NCBI GenBank assembly: GCA_037447115.1
Contig: JBBIHH010000008.1
Location: forward strand, 34,225 to 98,224
Source: Acidobacteriota bacterium
GTDB lineage: Bacteria; Acidobacteriota; Polarisedimenticolia; Polarisedimenticolales; JBBIHH01
Direction: 5' to 3'
Length of the DNA: 64,000 nt
The stretch's first letter is position 1. The number at the start of each line of letters is the position of its first letter. Both the position numbers and the translations under genes were made by a program. Below are positions 28,044 through 38,992 of the stretch, piece by piece. Below the pieces are notes generated by a model. It worked only from the letters and a program-made list of their open reading frames with translations, had not been told where the DNA came from and searched no databases.

Positions 28044-28910
28044 TCACCCGGAAATCCCCCGCGCCGTCTCGGCCAGGGCGCGGGCCTCGTCGCGCAGGGT
28101 CCGCGCGGCCGCGAGCAACGCCTCCTCGAAGGCGAGACCCGGCATCGCCGCGGAGGGTTCCGGGGCTGCGGCGTCGTCCGGATCCCCGAGGCCAGCGTCG
28201 CGCAGGCGCTTCAGGTGACGCAGGATCTCGTCCCGGATCTCGTCCGCGTTGTCCACGCCGCGGAAGTAGGCTACGTGGACGGAGTCCCTCTTGTCCTCGA
28301 ACTCGCCGTACGGCCCCTTGGTCGCACCGCCACCGGCAGTGCGCACCTCAAGATCGGCCAAGCGCAGCAACCGCTGGATCGGACCTTGCCGCACGGTCAC
28401 GTGCTGGATATTGGCGAAGGTCATCGTCACCTCCCGCACCCGCTGCACCCCCTCGCGGATGCGCAGGCTGCGGTCCGTGAGAATGTACCAGCGCATGCGG
28501 TAATCGAGGCGGACCGCCAGGAAAGTCAGCGGGATCTGGAGGAGGTAAAGACCCAGGCCGAACCATTCGAGCTTCATGAAGAAAGCGACGATCGGGTGTT
28601 CGAACTCTTCTAAGCGACCGATGTGGAGGAGGACTTTCCGCAAATTCTCGGCTGCTTCCTCGGGTACGCGCAGCTTCTCCCACGGCACCGAGGCTAGCGT
28701 CTCGGCGAGCGGGGGATACGTGAAGAGGAGGAAAATCACGATGCCCGCGACCGCACCCAATTGTTTGAACCCCCACAGGGCCAAGCGGTAGCGATAGTAG
28801 TTGCGCGCCGCGCGAAACACGCGGGCAGAGCCCTGGCTGCCTGCCGGCGGATCCGGCTGGGGCGGAATCCGCAGCAGATCGGCGAGCCGTGCCTCGAGCC
28901 TCTCAAGCAC
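28044..28910 (-). CDS. Bacterial PH domain (bPH_2) membrane protein
   Basis: YILTDRSLRIREG..TFANIQHVTVRQGPIQRLLRLADLEVRTAGG. Confidence 0.85.
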   Translation of the reverse strand: MLERLEARLADLLRIPPQPDPPAGSQGSARVFRAARNYYRYRLALWGFKQLGAVAGIVIFLLFTYPPLAETLASVPWEKLRVPEEAAENLRKVLLHIGRLEEFEHPIVAFFMKLEWFGLGLYLLQIPLTFLAVRLDYRMRWYILTDRSLRIREGVQRVREVTMTFANIQHVTVRQGPIQRLLRLADLEVRTAGGGATKGPYGEFEDKRDSVHVAYFRGVDNADEIRDEILRHLKRLRDAGLGDPDDAAAPEPSAAMPGLAFEEALLAAARTLRDEARALAETARGISG

Positions 28911-29469
28911 CCGTAGGCCTCCCGCCGAGCGCCTGGCGCACGGCGCGCAACGCGTCCGCCGCCTCCCTCAGCGCAGAGATCAACTCCGCCGCAGCATCGG
29001 GCGCCTGGGACGCGCTAGGGAGAGCGGAACCACGCTCGGCACGACGCTCCCGCCAGCCACGCATCCGGGTGTAGATGAAGTCGCGGATCTCGGCCGCCTC
29101 GGGAAGCCCCTCGATGACCATCTCCGCCCGGGCGCTGCCGCTGGCGGTCTGGATCTCGATGCGCGCCAGTCCCAGCCAGCGTTCGACGACATTGCTGCGG
29201 AGGTGAATGTCCTGGATGCGCGAATACGTCAGATGGATCTCGCGCCGGAAAAGGATCCCCCAGCGCATGGAGATCCCCTCCTCGTCGAACTTGTAGCGCA
29301 GCGTGCGGTAGCGGAAGAAACGGGGAACGAGCGGGATCCAGAAAAACGGTCCCGCCAGAAGCGATGCGGCTGCGTAGTAGACCATCAACCGCGGCGAGGG
29401 CCGCTCGATGGCGAAGATCCGCTGGGCCATGGCTTGCGGCCCGTCGTGGGAACCTGTTGGGCCGACCAT
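28903..29469 (-). CDS. Bacterial PH domain (bPH_2, YdbS-like) membrane protein
   Basis: RYKFDEEGISMRWGILFRRE..YSRIQDI..ERWLGLARIEIQTASG. Confidence 0.87.
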   Translation of the reverse strand: MVGPTGSHDGPQAMAQRIFAIERPSPRLMVYYAAASLLAGPFFWIPLVPRFFRYRTLRYKFDEEGISMRWGILFRREIHLTYSRIQDIHLRSNVVERWLGLARIEIQTASGSARAEMVIEGLPEAAEIRDFIYTRMRGWRERRAERGSALPSASQAPDAAAELISALREAADALRAVRQALGGRPTGA

Positions 29470-29748
29470 CGCGACGCTCCGGCGAAGATTGACCGCCCGC
29501 CCTGCCTCCCCGTGGCCGAGGCGCCATCTTAGGCTAGCCGGAGTTCCGCGGGCAACCCGCGTGCGGGCTTCCGACGCCCTCTTCTTCGACGCGGGGCGCG
29601 TCCCTCCGCGCGGGCTCGCCCGAAAAAGTGGAATCCCCCCTCAGCGAGCACACCCTCGAGATCTCGCCGGTTGAACGCGGCGGCCTGCGCTTTCCCGATG
29701 GCCAGAATGTGACCCGCCCGTGCCGGCAGACCTGCTGCCGTTCACCGC

Positions 29749-29769
29749 CGACCTGCCGGTCGCCCCTAC
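29749..29769. repeat. REP-like element overlapping the RND stop codon
   Basis: CGACCTGCCGGTCGCCCCTAC; its last 16 nt are identical to 24334-24349. Confidence 0.5.
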
Positions 29770-32700
29770 GGTTGGGCAGGCGCGGGCCGGCGCCGGAGGC
29801 GAGCCAAGCCCGCGAGCAGCGTCTCCCGCAAATCATCGAAGAAGGTGTAGAACACCGGCACCACGAGCAGCGTCAGCAGCGTCGCCGTCGTCATGCCGCC
29901 GATCAGGGTCAGCGCGAAGCTCGTGTAGCTGATGCCGGAATCCGCCCTCCCCGCGATCGCCAGCGGCACCAGGCCGCCGATCGTCGTGATGGCGGTCATC
30001 ATGATCGGGCGGAAGCGCCGCTCCGCCGCGCGCTCCAGCGCCTCCCGCCGCTCCATCCCCCATCCGCGCAGGCGGTTCACGTAGTCGATGAGCACGATCC
30101 CGTTGTTGACGACGACACCGACCAACAGCACCAACCCCACCGCCCCCAGAAAGTCGATATCGCGTCCCGTGGCGAGATGGATCCAGATCACCCCGATAGA
30201 CGCGAGGGGAATCGTGAGGATGATCGAAAGGGGCAAGACGAAGCTTTCGAACAGGAAGGCCATCAAGAGATAGATGAACAGCACGGAGACGACGCCCGCG
30301 AACTTGAGGTTGGCGATGTCCTCTTCGAAGCCCTGCTGGGCTTCGTCGGCCCCGAAGCGCACGCCTTCAGGAAGATCGAGCGACGCCTGGAGCGCCGCGA
30401 TGCGGCGGCGCGTCTCTTGCTCGCGCCCCTCCTCGAGTTCCAGCGTGATCGAGCGTGCGAGCCTCTTGTTGCGGCGCACGATCGCCTCCGGGCTCGCGAG
30501 CATCCGCGCGTCCACGAGGGCCCCCAGCGGCAACAGCGCGCCGCTGGCGGTGGGCACGCGGAAGTCCGCCAGCTCCGCGAGACTGCGCCGGTCCGCCTCC
30601 TCGAAGCGCACGCGCACCGGAACCTCGCGCCCCTGGTCGAGATAGCGCGGCAAGCTCGCCCCGCGCAGAGCGTAGCCCACCACGCCGGCCACGATGCGAG
30701 GATCCACGCCGTACTGGCGCGCACGGGCGCGGTCCACCACGAGCCCCAGCTCGTTGGGCTGCCGCTCGAAGGAACGCCGCACGCCGAGCACGCCCTCCAC
30801 GCTAGCGAACAGCGGTTCGAGCTGTTCGACCACGCGCTCCAGAAGCTCCGGATCCTCGCCCTGCACGACAACGCTCTCCGTGGCCTCGTCCTTCTTCTGC
30901 TCCGCTTCTCGCTCGTCGCCGGTGTAGAGCTTCAGCCCTGCCTTCTTGGGCAGGAACTCCATCACCCGCTCCGTGACCTCTCGCGGCGAAAGGTCCGTCG
31001 TGCGGGGATGGGTGAACCAGCCCTGGATCTCGCCGGTCGTCCGCCGGTGAAAGTGAAACCACCCCTCGAGGCCGAGCTCCGCGGCGTGGCTTTCGATCGC
31101 CTTCTCCGCCGCGAGGAACCATCGCTCGGTTTCCTCGAAGCTCGTGTTTTCCGGAAGCTCCACGGTGAGTTGAAAACCTGGCCGCTCGTCCTCCTGCACC
31201 TCGACGAACTCGATGTACTTCGAGCTCAGCACGCCCGTGACGGCGAAGACGGCCGCGAGCGCCAGTACGAGATCGAGACGCCGGTCGAGGAAAAACGCCA
31301 GCGCCCGCCCGTAAGCCCGCGCCAGCCGGCCGAAGCTGCCCTCGTACAGCCGGCGCAGCCAAGCCCGCAGCCGCTCGTAGAGGCTCCTCAGCGCGCCGGC
31401 GGCGGCCTGCTTTTCGTCCAGCGTCAAGTACACCGCCAGGGGTACGACCACCAACGCCACGGCCAGCGACGCCAGCAGCGACACCGAGACCGGAAGCGCC
31501 AGCCTCATGAAAAAGAACTGCGCCTGGCCCTCGACGAGCGCCACGGGCAGGAAGACGACGATCGTCGTCAGTGTGGACATGGCGATCGCCAGCGCGATCT
31601 CCGCGGCACCCCGCACCGCCGCCTCCTCGCGCGAGGCTCCCTCGCGATACAGCCGGTGGATGTTCTCGGCCACCACCACCGAGTTGTCCACCAGCAGCCC
31701 TACGGACACCATCAATGCGAGCAGGGTGATGACGTTCAGCGTCTCGCCGGCGAAGTACATCACGGTGATCGCCACGAGCAGGCTCAAGGGGATCGAGAGC
31801 GTAATGACGAGCGTCATCCTCAGCCGGCGCAAGAAGACAAACAGCACCCCCAGAGCGATCAGCGCCCCGATCATGCCGCTCTCGAACAGGGTGGAAAGCG
31901 ATTCCTCGATAAAGTCGCCTTGGCTGAAGATCGTGATGATGTCCACGTCCTTCAGCCGCGGATCGCGCCGCATCCGCTCTACGACCTCGTCGATGCGCCG
32001 GCAGACCTCCTGTGCGTTCGCCTGCCCTTCTTTGAACACCACCAGGGCGTAGGCCGGCTTGCTCATGGCGCGCACCCGGTAGCGTTTGTCCGGCTCTTCG
32101 TAGCGGATGCGGGCCACGTCCCGCAGGCGCACGCCCGGGGCGACGAGGCGGCGTTCCAGCTCCTCCAGGCTGCCGTAACGGGCCACCGAGCGCAAGAGCA
32201 GCTTGCGGCCCCCCTCGCGCACGTGGCCCGCAGCCATGGTGAAGTTGTCGCCCCGGAGCTCTTGCGCGATGGCGTAGATGTTCAGCCCCGCCGCGGCCAC
32301 CCGCTCCCGGTCGAGCTCGATGATGATCTCTTTCTCTTCCAGCCCCTCGGCCTCGATCGAGGCCACGCCGTCCACGCGCTCCAGCCTGCGGACGATCTCG
32401 TTCTGGATCAGGTCGTAGCTTTCGGCCAGCTCCTCGTCCACCGCGACGCCGAGCACGTAGACCGGCACGCCCGAGGCGTCCTCCTTGAAGATGAAGACTT
32501 GCTCCACGTCTTCGGGGAAGCCTCGCCGGCTGCGCTCGATCCGGTCGCGCACTTCGCGGTAGGCGAGGTCCATGTCCGTGCCTTGTTTGAACCATAGAAA
32601 AAGCTGAGCCGCGCCCGTCCGCGAAACGGAGACGATGCGGTCCAGCCCCCGCACGGTGCTCATCTCGTCCTCCAGGGGCACCGTGATTTTGTCGTGCGCC

Positions 32701-32900
32701 TCTCGGGGCGGCGCATCGGGCCAGGGCGCATACACATGCAGAAACGGGTTGGTCAGACCCCGCGGCACGAGCTCCAACGGGATCGCCAGGGCCGCCACGG
32801 CACCGACGACCACGGCGCTCACGACGAGCACGAACACGCTGACGCGCCGGTGCAGAGAAAAGCGCGAGAGCGCGCTCCCGCTCAACTCCCAGGGACTCAT
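29766..32900 (-). CDS. RND efflux permease (AcrB family), subunit 2
   Basis: GLLVDNSVVVAEN, LFES, GVVVNNGIVLID, RFRPIMMT; ATGA overlap with subunit 1. Confidence 0.93.
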   Translation of the reverse strand: MSPWELSGSALSRFSLHRRVSVFVLVVSAVVVGAVAALAIPLELVPRGLTNPFLHVYAPWPDAPPREAHDKITVPLEDEMSTVRGLDRIVSVSRTGAAQLFLWFKQGTDMDLAYREVRDRIERSRRGFPEDVEQVFIFKEDASGVPVYVLGVAVDEELAESYDLIQNEIVRRLERVDGVASIEAEGLEEKEIIIELDRERVAAAGLNIYAIAQELRGDNFTMAAGHVREGGRKLLLRSVARYGSLEELERRLVAPGVRLRDVARIRYEEPDKRYRVRAMSKPAYALVVFKEGQANAQEVCRRIDEVVERMRRDPRLKDVDIITIFSQGDFIEESLSTLFESGMIGALIALGVLFVFLRRLRMTLVITLSIPLSLLVAITVMYFAGETLNVITLLALMVSVGLLVDNSVVVAENIHRLYREGASREEAAVRGAAEIALAIAMSTLTTIVVFLPVALVEGQAQFFFMRLALPVSVSLLASLAVALVVVPLAVYLTLDEKQAAAGALRSLYERLRAWLRRLYEGSFGRLARAYGRALAFFLDRRLDLVLALAAVFAVTGVLSSKYIEFVEVQEDERPGFQLTVELPENTSFEETERWFLAAEKAIESHAAELGLEGWFHFHRRTTGEIQGWFTHPRTTDLSPREVTERVMEFLPKKAGLKLYTGDEREAEQKKDEATESVVVQGEDPELLERVVEQLEPLFASVEGVLGVRRSFERQPNELGLVVDRARARQYGVDPRIVAGVVGYALRGASLPRYLDQGREVPVRVRFEEADRRSLAELADFRVPTASGALLPLGALVDARMLASPEAIVRRNKRLARSITLELEEGREQETRRRIAALQASLDLPEGVRFGADEAQQGFEEDIANLKFAGVVSVLFIYLLMAFLFESFVLPLSIILTIPLASIGVIWIHLATGRDIDFLGAVGLVLLVGVVVNNGIVLIDYVNRLRGWGMERREALERAAERRFRPIMMTAITTIGGLVPLAIAGRADSGISYTSFALTLIGGMTTATLLTLLVVPVFYTFFDDLRETLLAGLARLRRRPAPAQP

Positions 32901-35900
32901 GGGATCGCCCTCGGATCGGCCGCGCCGCCCGTCACAGGCGCCGGCGCAGCCGCCGCCCTCACGGCCCGGGGCCGCAGCACGCTGTCGCGGGCGCGCTCGG
33001 AAAGATCGTAGAGCACGGGAACGATCACCAGCGTCAGTAGCGTCGAACTCAGCAGGCCGCTGATCACCGTGATCGCCATCGGCGTGCGCAGCTCCGCCCC
33101 TTCGCCAAAGCCCAGGGCCATGGGCAGCAACCCGAGCACGGTCGTGAGCGTCGTCATCAGGATCGGGCGCAGCCGAACTCCTCCTGCCGTGACGATCGCC
33201 TCGCGGCGCTCGAGGCCGCGCGCGCGCAGCGTGTTGATGTAGTCCACGAGCACGATGGCGTTGTTGACGACGATGCCCGCCAGCAAGATCGTCCCCAGGA
33301 ACACGACCACCGAGAGACTCATCCCCGCGAGCCACAAGGCGAGAACGCTCCCCACGAACGCCAGCGGGATGGAGAACATGATGACGAAGGGGTGGAGCAG
33401 CGACTCGAACTGCATCGCCATGATCACGTAGACGAGGAAAACACCCAGGCCCAGGGCCAGCCACAAACTCGTGCGGCTGCGCTCCCATTCTTCCTGCTGG
33501 CCGTGGATCTCGTAGCCCATCCCGGCAGGCCATTCGATCCCGCTCTCGAGGGCCGCGCGGATCGCCGCCACCGCCGAGCCGAGCGAGCCTTCGCCGAGGT
33601 TGGCCCGGATGAGGGCCACGCGGCGGCCGTCCACGCGGCGCACCTCGCTCGGACCCTCGCCGAGCGTCACTCGCGCCACGGCGCCGAGCGGGACGGGCGC
33701 GGGCGCGCCCGGGTTGACGACGACGCGCGCCACGTCCTCGACCGTCTCCCGGCCACCGAGGGCCAGGCGCACGACGATGGGGATGCGCTGGTCCTTGCGA
33801 TTGAGGCGCGTGGCCTCGAAGCCTTGCACCGAGTCGCGGACGATGCGCGCCACCTGGCGGATGTCGAGGCCGTAGAGCGCGAGACGCTCGCGGTCGTAGA
33901 CGATCTGTACCTCGGGCGAGCCGCTGCGAAGCGCGAGCTCGACGTCCGCCAGGTTGGGAAGCCGCTCCAGCAGAGCCGCAGCGCGCGCCCCGTATCGGCG
34001 CAGCGCCTGCAGGTCGTCTCCCTGGATCTCCACCTCGATAGGCGTGCGCGAGCTGAAGAGCACGGGCCGCACGACGCGCGCCGTTACATCGGGAATCTCG
34101 GCGAACCGGCGCCGCAACCGTTCGATGACTTCTTCCTCGAGAGCGGCGGGATTCGCCGAGGGCTCCAGCAGCACCTTGAAGGCCGCCGTGTGCTCCCCCT
34201 CGTCGGCGCGGCGCGACTGGGAGGGGTCGTAGCCCACGGTGAGGATCAGCGAACGGATGTGAGCCCTCTCCTCGAGGATCGCGCGTTCCACCGGACGCAA
34301 CACGGCGTCGGTGCGCTCGAGGGGAGTCCCGACGGGAAGGGACACTTCCACAGTGAACTCGCTCTGGTGCACCTCCGGGAGCAGCTCGCTGTCGAGATCG
34401 CGCAACATGAAGCCCGTCGCGGCGACACAGGCCGCGAGGACCGCGACCACCAGGCCCGGGCGCGCGAGAGCCCCGCGCAGGAACGCCGGGTAGGCTTGCC
34501 GCAGGCCGGCCATCAGGAGGTCCGTCAGCCGCGCGGGAAGCCACAGCACAGCCCGCAGCCCGACCCCCGCCAGCGGCAGCACGCCGCGCCCCACGAGCGC
34601 TACCACCGCCAGAAACACGAGCAGCGCGATCTTGCCGATCGCCTCCAGCACGAGACCGATCAGCAGCCTGACGACTCGATAGGGAAACCCGAGGGCGACC
34701 GACACGCGCCGTCCCGAACGCAGGCTCTCTCGGAACGCTCCCCACGCCGCCCAACGCAGCAGGCTCACGCCGCCCTCGCCGGCGGCGGCCCTCAGCCCCG
34801 ACCCCTCGCGGCTGGCGAGCATCGGGATGAAGAACAGGGCCACGACCATCGAGGCCAGCAGCGAGACGACGACGGCGAGCCCCAGATCGCCGAACGCCTG
34901 TCCCGCCACGCCTTCGACGAAAACCATCGGCAAAAACACCGCGACGGAGGTCATCGTGGAGGCGACGACCGCCGCCTGCACCTCCGACGTCCCGCGCGCC
35001 GCTGCGGCCACGCGCCCGTCGCCCTCTTCCTGGCAGCGGTGAATGGACTCCAGCACCACGATCGAGGAATCCACCAGCATCCCGATGCCCAGAGCGAGCC
35101 CGCCGAGCGACATGATGTTCAGCGACACGCCCAGCAGGTTCAAGGGCGCGAACGTCACGAGCAGCGAGATCGGGATGCTGCAGGCGATGATGGCGGTCGT
35201 ACGAAAGCTGCCCAGGAAGAGAAACAGCACCAGCACCGCGAGCAGGCCGCCCAGGACGGCCGTGTTGCGCACCTCGCGGATGCTGCTTTCGATGAAGCGC
35301 GAGCGATCGGCCACGACCTGCAGCCGCACCCCTTCTTCCCGGTAGAGCCGTTCGGCGATGCCCGCGGGGGCGGCGGCACCGCGCGCCCCTTCTTTCTCCT
35401 GCGGGACCGCTGCGGCTGCGGCGCGCTGGCGCAGCACCTCGGGGTCCATCTCGCCCAGCGCCGCGCGCACCCGCTTGGCGAGGGCCACGATGTTGGCGTC
35501 GCCTTCGCGGTAGATCTCGAGCTGCACGCTTTCGCCCCCGTTGGTCCGGGTGAGGATCTGTCGGTCCTTGTGCGAGCGCACGACACGGCCGAGATCGCGG
35601 ACCCGCACCGGACGTCCGGCGAGCGTGGTGACGACGGTGTCGGCAATCTCCTCGAGCCCCGTGTACTCGTTGAGCGTGCGCACCAGATACTCCGTGCGCC
35701 CCTCTTCGATCGTACCGCCCGCGACGTTGATGTTCTCGGCGGCGAGCCTCTCGATGACCTGCTCGATGGAGAGGCCCGTGCGCTGGAGCTGCGATGGATC
35801 GAGCTCGACGTGGATCTCTTCCTCGAGACCGCCCTTGACGCGCACCGCGGCGACACCCTTGATCGGTTCGAGCTCGCGCTCGACCTGGAGCTCCGCCAGG

Positions 35901-36409
35901 CGTCTGAGCCGCCTCAGGCCTTCCTCGCCCTCGAAGGCGGGGCCCTCGCCCGAGAGGCTCAGCTCCATCACGGGATCGAGCGACGGATCGTAGTGGAGGA
36001 TCAGAGGCCGGCGGGCTTCCTCGGGGAGCACGACGAGGTCGAGCCGCTCCAGGACATCCTGGGTGGCCTCGGCCATGTCCATGTCCCAGGCGAACTCCAG
36101 TACGACATCGCTCACCTCGGCGCGGCTGACGCTGTAGATGCGGCGCAACCCTCCGATGACGCCCAGTTCCTCCTCGATGGGGCGGCTGATGTCGTTTTCC
36201 ACTTCTTCGGGGGCGGCGCCGGGATACTCGGTGCGGACGGTGAGCGTGGGGTAGGTCAACTCCGGCATCAGGTCGACCGGCAGGCGGCCGTAAGAAAAGT
36301 AGCCGAAGACGACCGCCGCGATGAAAATCACCAGGATCGCCACGGGGCGCGAGGTGGCGAAGCTCGTGCGCGGCGGCGCAGAGCGGCCCGGCGGAGCGAG
36401 ATCCATCAC
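32897..36409 (-). CDS. RND efflux permease (AcrB family), subunit 1
   Basis: LPVDLMP..YPGAAPEEVE, GMLVDSSIVVLE, QFES, RLRPILMT. Confidence 0.95.
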   Translation of the reverse strand: MMDLAPPGRSAPPRTSFATSRPVAILVIFIAAVVFGYFSYGRLPVDLMPELTYPTLTVRTEYPGAAPEEVENDISRPIEEELGVIGGLRRIYSVSRAEVSDVVLEFAWDMDMAEATQDVLERLDLVVLPEEARRPLILHYDPSLDPVMELSLSGEGPAFEGEEGLRRLRRLAELQVERELEPIKGVAAVRVKGGLEEEIHVELDPSQLQRTGLSIEQVIERLAAENINVAGGTIEEGRTEYLVRTLNEYTGLEEIADTVVTTLAGRPVRVRDLGRVVRSHKDRQILTRTNGGESVQLEIYREGDANIVALAKRVRAALGEMDPEVLRQRAAAAAVPQEKEGARGAAAPAGIAERLYREEGVRLQVVADRSRFIESSIREVRNTAVLGGLLAVLVLFLFLGSFRTTAIIACSIPISLLVTFAPLNLLGVSLNIMSLGGLALGIGMLVDSSIVVLESIHRCQEEGDGRVAAAARGTSEVQAAVVASTMTSVAVFLPMVFVEGVAGQAFGDLGLAVVVSLLASMVVALFFIPMLASREGSGLRAAAGEGGVSLLRWAAWGAFRESLRSGRRVSVALGFPYRVVRLLIGLVLEAIGKIALLVFLAVVALVGRGVLPLAGVGLRAVLWLPARLTDLLMAGLRQAYPAFLRGALARPGLVVAVLAACVAATGFMLRDLDSELLPEVHQSEFTVEVSLPVGTPLERTDAVLRPVERAILEERAHIRSLILTVGYDPSQSRRADEGEHTAAFKVLLEPSANPAALEEEVIERLRRRFAEIPDVTARVVRPVLFSSRTPIEVEIQGDDLQALRRYGARAAALLERLPNLADVELALRSGSPEVQIVYDRERLALYGLDIRQVARIVRDSVQGFEATRLNRKDQRIPIVVRLALGGRETVEDVARVVVNPGAPAPVPLGAVARVTLGEGPSEVRRVDGRRVALIRANLGEGSLGSAVAAIRAALESGIEWPAGMGYEIHGQQEEWERSRTSLWLALGLGVFLVYVIMAMQFESLLHPFVIMFSIPLAFVGSVLALWLAGMSLSVVVFLGTILLAGIVVNNAIVLVDYINTLRARGLERREAIVTAGGVRLRPILMTTLTTVLGLLPMALGFGEGAELRTPMAITVISGLLSSTLLTLVIVPVLYDLSERARDSVLRPRAVRAAAAPAPVTGGAADPRAIP

Positions 36410-37701
36410 GAAGCCTCGGCCGCGCGGCTGCCGGCGGCAGCCTGGGCCGGCTCCTCCCCGGTCGGGCCGGCTCCCTTGCCATCGAGGATCTCGACCTTCG
36501 CGCCCGGCTTGAGGCCCGTCTGGCCCGCGACGACGACACGGTCGCCTTCGCGCAGGCCCGCCAGGGGTTCGATGAATTCCTTGTCCGCCAGTCGCGGCTC
36601 GACGCCGATGCGCTCGACCGTGTCATCCTCCCGCACGCGGAAAACGAAGATCCGATCCTTGTCGTAGACGAGCGCCCGTTTCGGCACGAGCAGCGCGTCC
36701 GCCCGCACCTCCGTGACGAGATCCACGTCCACGTACAGGCCGGGCTTGAGCCCCCTCTGGCGGCCCACGGCCACCGTGACCTTCACCGTGCCGCTTTTGG
36801 GGTCCACCACCGGCGCGACACGGTCCACCCGCGCCTCGTACTCGCGCCCGCCGTAGGCGGGCACGAACAGGCGTGCCGCGAGACCCGGGCGCAACTGTGG
36901 CAGGTTCTTCTCGGGCACGTAGACCCGAGCCACGAGCGAGTCGAAGTCCACGAGATCGAAGCAGTGCTGGTTGGGGGTGATCTGGTCGCCTCGCTCGACG
37001 AGGCGGGCGGTGATCGTACCGGCGATGGGGGCGCGAAGCTCCGTGTAGGAAAGCTCGCGCTCCGCGTCGGCCAGCGAGATGCGCAGTTGCTCGACCTGGT
37101 AGAGGGTATCGTTGAAGGCTTGCTCGCTGATCAGGTCCTGCTCGAAGAGGCGCTTCTGCCGCTCGTACTCGCGTTCCGCCTTGGCCAGCTCGGCGCGTAC
37201 CTTGGCTAGGGCGTTGCGCTGCTCGTCGTCCTCGAGGCGCAACAAGAGCTGGCCTTCGCGCACCTCGTCTCCCTCCTCGACATACAGCTCTCGGATCAGC
37301 CCTCCCGCCTTGGAGTACACCTCGACGTGGCGCTCGGCTTCGAGGTTGGCGGAGCTGCGGATGCGGGCCTCGATCGCGCCGCGGCCGAGGATCGCGATTT
37401 CGACGGGGATCGCCTTGTGCTTCTCCTGGTCTTCGTCTTTCCCGGACTCCTCGCTCTTCCCCACGGTGTCCTCGCGCTCTTGGCGATCGGGGTCGCCCTT
37501 CGCTGCAGCCGACGTCGCCTCCGCGTCCTCGTCGCCCCTGGCCCCGACCCACGCGCAAGAGCCGAGGACAAGGAACCCCGTCAGCACCGCAGCCACCCCC
37601 CAGACGCGCCACGCGCGTCCCACCCCGGGCGACGCCATGGCCGCCGCGGCAGTCTCGCGTTTCGCTCGCTTCTTGCGCTTCCGATGCTGCTGTCGGTTCA
37701 T
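36406..37701 (-). CDS. RND periplasmic adaptor (membrane fusion protein)
   Basis: VEEGDEVREGQLL, coiled hairpin, LRAPIAG, LKPGLYV, GLREGDRVV; start uncertain. Confidence 0.92.
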   Translation of the reverse strand: MNRQQHRKRKKRAKRETAAAAMASPGVGRAWRVWGVAAVLTGFLVLGSCAWVGARGDEDAEATSAAAKGDPDRQEREDTVGKSEESGKDEDQEKHKAIPVEIAILGRGAIEARIRSSANLEAERHVEVYSKAGGLIRELYVEEGDEVREGQLLLRLEDDEQRNALAKVRAELAKAEREYERQKRLFEQDLISEQAFNDTLYQVEQLRISLADAERELSYTELRAPIAGTITARLVERGDQITPNQHCFDLVDFDSLVARVYVPEKNLPQLRPGLAARLFVPAYGGREYEARVDRVAPVVDPKSGTVKVTVAVGRQRGLKPGLYVDVDLVTEVRADALLVPKRALVYDKDRIFVFRVREDDTVERIGVEPRLADKEFIEPLAGLREGDRVVVAGQTGLKPGAKVEILDGKGAGPTGEEPAQAAAGSRAAEAS

Positions 37702-38178
37702 TTCACGTCCTGTGTGCGGGACACCTACGGGTCCGCCGTCCGACATCCTCCCCGGCGCTCGCTCTCGCATCTTCTACTTTCGCCACCGAGCACGGGCCGG
37801 CGGACACGAACCCGCAAATCCCCGCACCGATTCCAGAAAGAAGGTACGATTCGCGCCCTCTCCGGTTCCCGATTTCGGCCCGACCGGCAACACCGACCGC
37901 GGAGCGGTCGGATCCTCGGGCAGAACGGAAGCTTTTCCTGGGCTCGGACGACCTCCCGGGGCGGGTGCCGGACGACACTATAGCCCGCCGCGCCGCCGCC
38001 CGCACCCTCCCCGGGCTCCCCGAGCCACCTGCTTCCAGCAGACGAGGCGCCGGACTAGAATGGTCCGCGCCCACGACCGGGCCGGGGGGTGGCCCGCCGT
38101 CCGGCGGGGCGAGCAGGGCCGGAATTCGAGGGGGGCTCTCGTCCTGTGTCCGAGGGAAGAAGTTAAGGAGGAAAGGCC

Positions 38179-38691
38179 GTGACGGAGAAGGAGCGACCGG
38201 AGCGAAGTGTGCTTTCGTGGGTGCTCCTGTTGGCGCTCGCGATGGGGCTGTACGCCGGCTGCAGGTTCGGGGAACCGCCGGAAGCGTCACCCGCCGACGT
38301 GGAGGCGACACTGCAACGGTTCGTGGCGGCATGGGAGGCGGAAGATTTGAACGCCGCACTGGCGTTCTTCAGACCGGGAGCCATCGTCTTGGATCCGGCT
38401 CCACCGGGAAAGTTCCAGGGGACGGAGGCCATCCGCGGCTGGATCTCCGACTTTCTCGACCGCTTCGACGGGATCTCGATCGAGCTCTCGGAAACCCACA
38501 TGGTGGCGAGAGGTAGGGTCGTGTGGCAATCCTCGCGCTATCGGATCGACGCCGAAGAAGCCGGCGCACCTGCGCGCCTTGAGGGTTACGTCTCCATGGT
38601 GTGGTTGCTCATGGAGGACGGCAGCTACCAGATCGGCCTGTTCCACGCTTCGCCGCTGCCGGAGGCCCAGGCCCCGACCCTAGCGGGTTAG
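38179..38691 (+). CDS. NTF2/SnoaL-like (DUF4440) lipoprotein
   Basis: AAGGAGG RBS; lipobox YAGC; FVAAWEAEDL..GTEAIR..IGLFHAS. Confidence 0.8.
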   Translation: MTEKERPERSVLSWVLLLALAMGLYAGCRFGEPPEASPADVEATLQRFVAAWEAEDLNAALAFFRPGAIVLDPAPPGKFQGTEAIRGWISDFLDRFDGISIELSETHMVARGRVVWQSSRYRIDAEEAGAPARLEGYVSMVWLLMEDGSYQIGLFHASPLPEAQAPTLAG

Positions 38692-38992
38692 CTTGCGGCG
38701 TTCGGCGCCACAGTCGAATCGCGCCCGTGCACGGGCGACCGGTCGGACGAGCGCCGGGTTCGCCCTTGCGCAGCGGCGAGCCTCACCGACGCCGCGGCGC
38801 GGTGCGGTTCCTGCGCACGCCACCCGAGAAACAGGACCAGAAGCCGGATCGCGGGCGCGAAGCAGCGTCCGAGGTGGCCGAATCCTCGTGCCGCCAGGGG
38901 ATACCTGCCGTGTAGGCTACAATGCCCACCCTCGGAACGGGTGAGCACGGCCGACCGCGCATCCGAGGCCGCGCTGGATGGCAGGCAAGACG

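Noticed and set aside
29766..37701. Two RND permeases with non-AcrB proton-relay residues and no outer-membrane factor
   Set aside because: DS/DN and VNN variants and MFP-RND-RND layouts are common in this subfamily; TolC is often encoded elsewhere
38722..38737. Perfect 16-bp palindrome CGCCCGTGCACGGGCG
   Set aside because: Single GC-rich instance with no regulator or second copy to support an operator call
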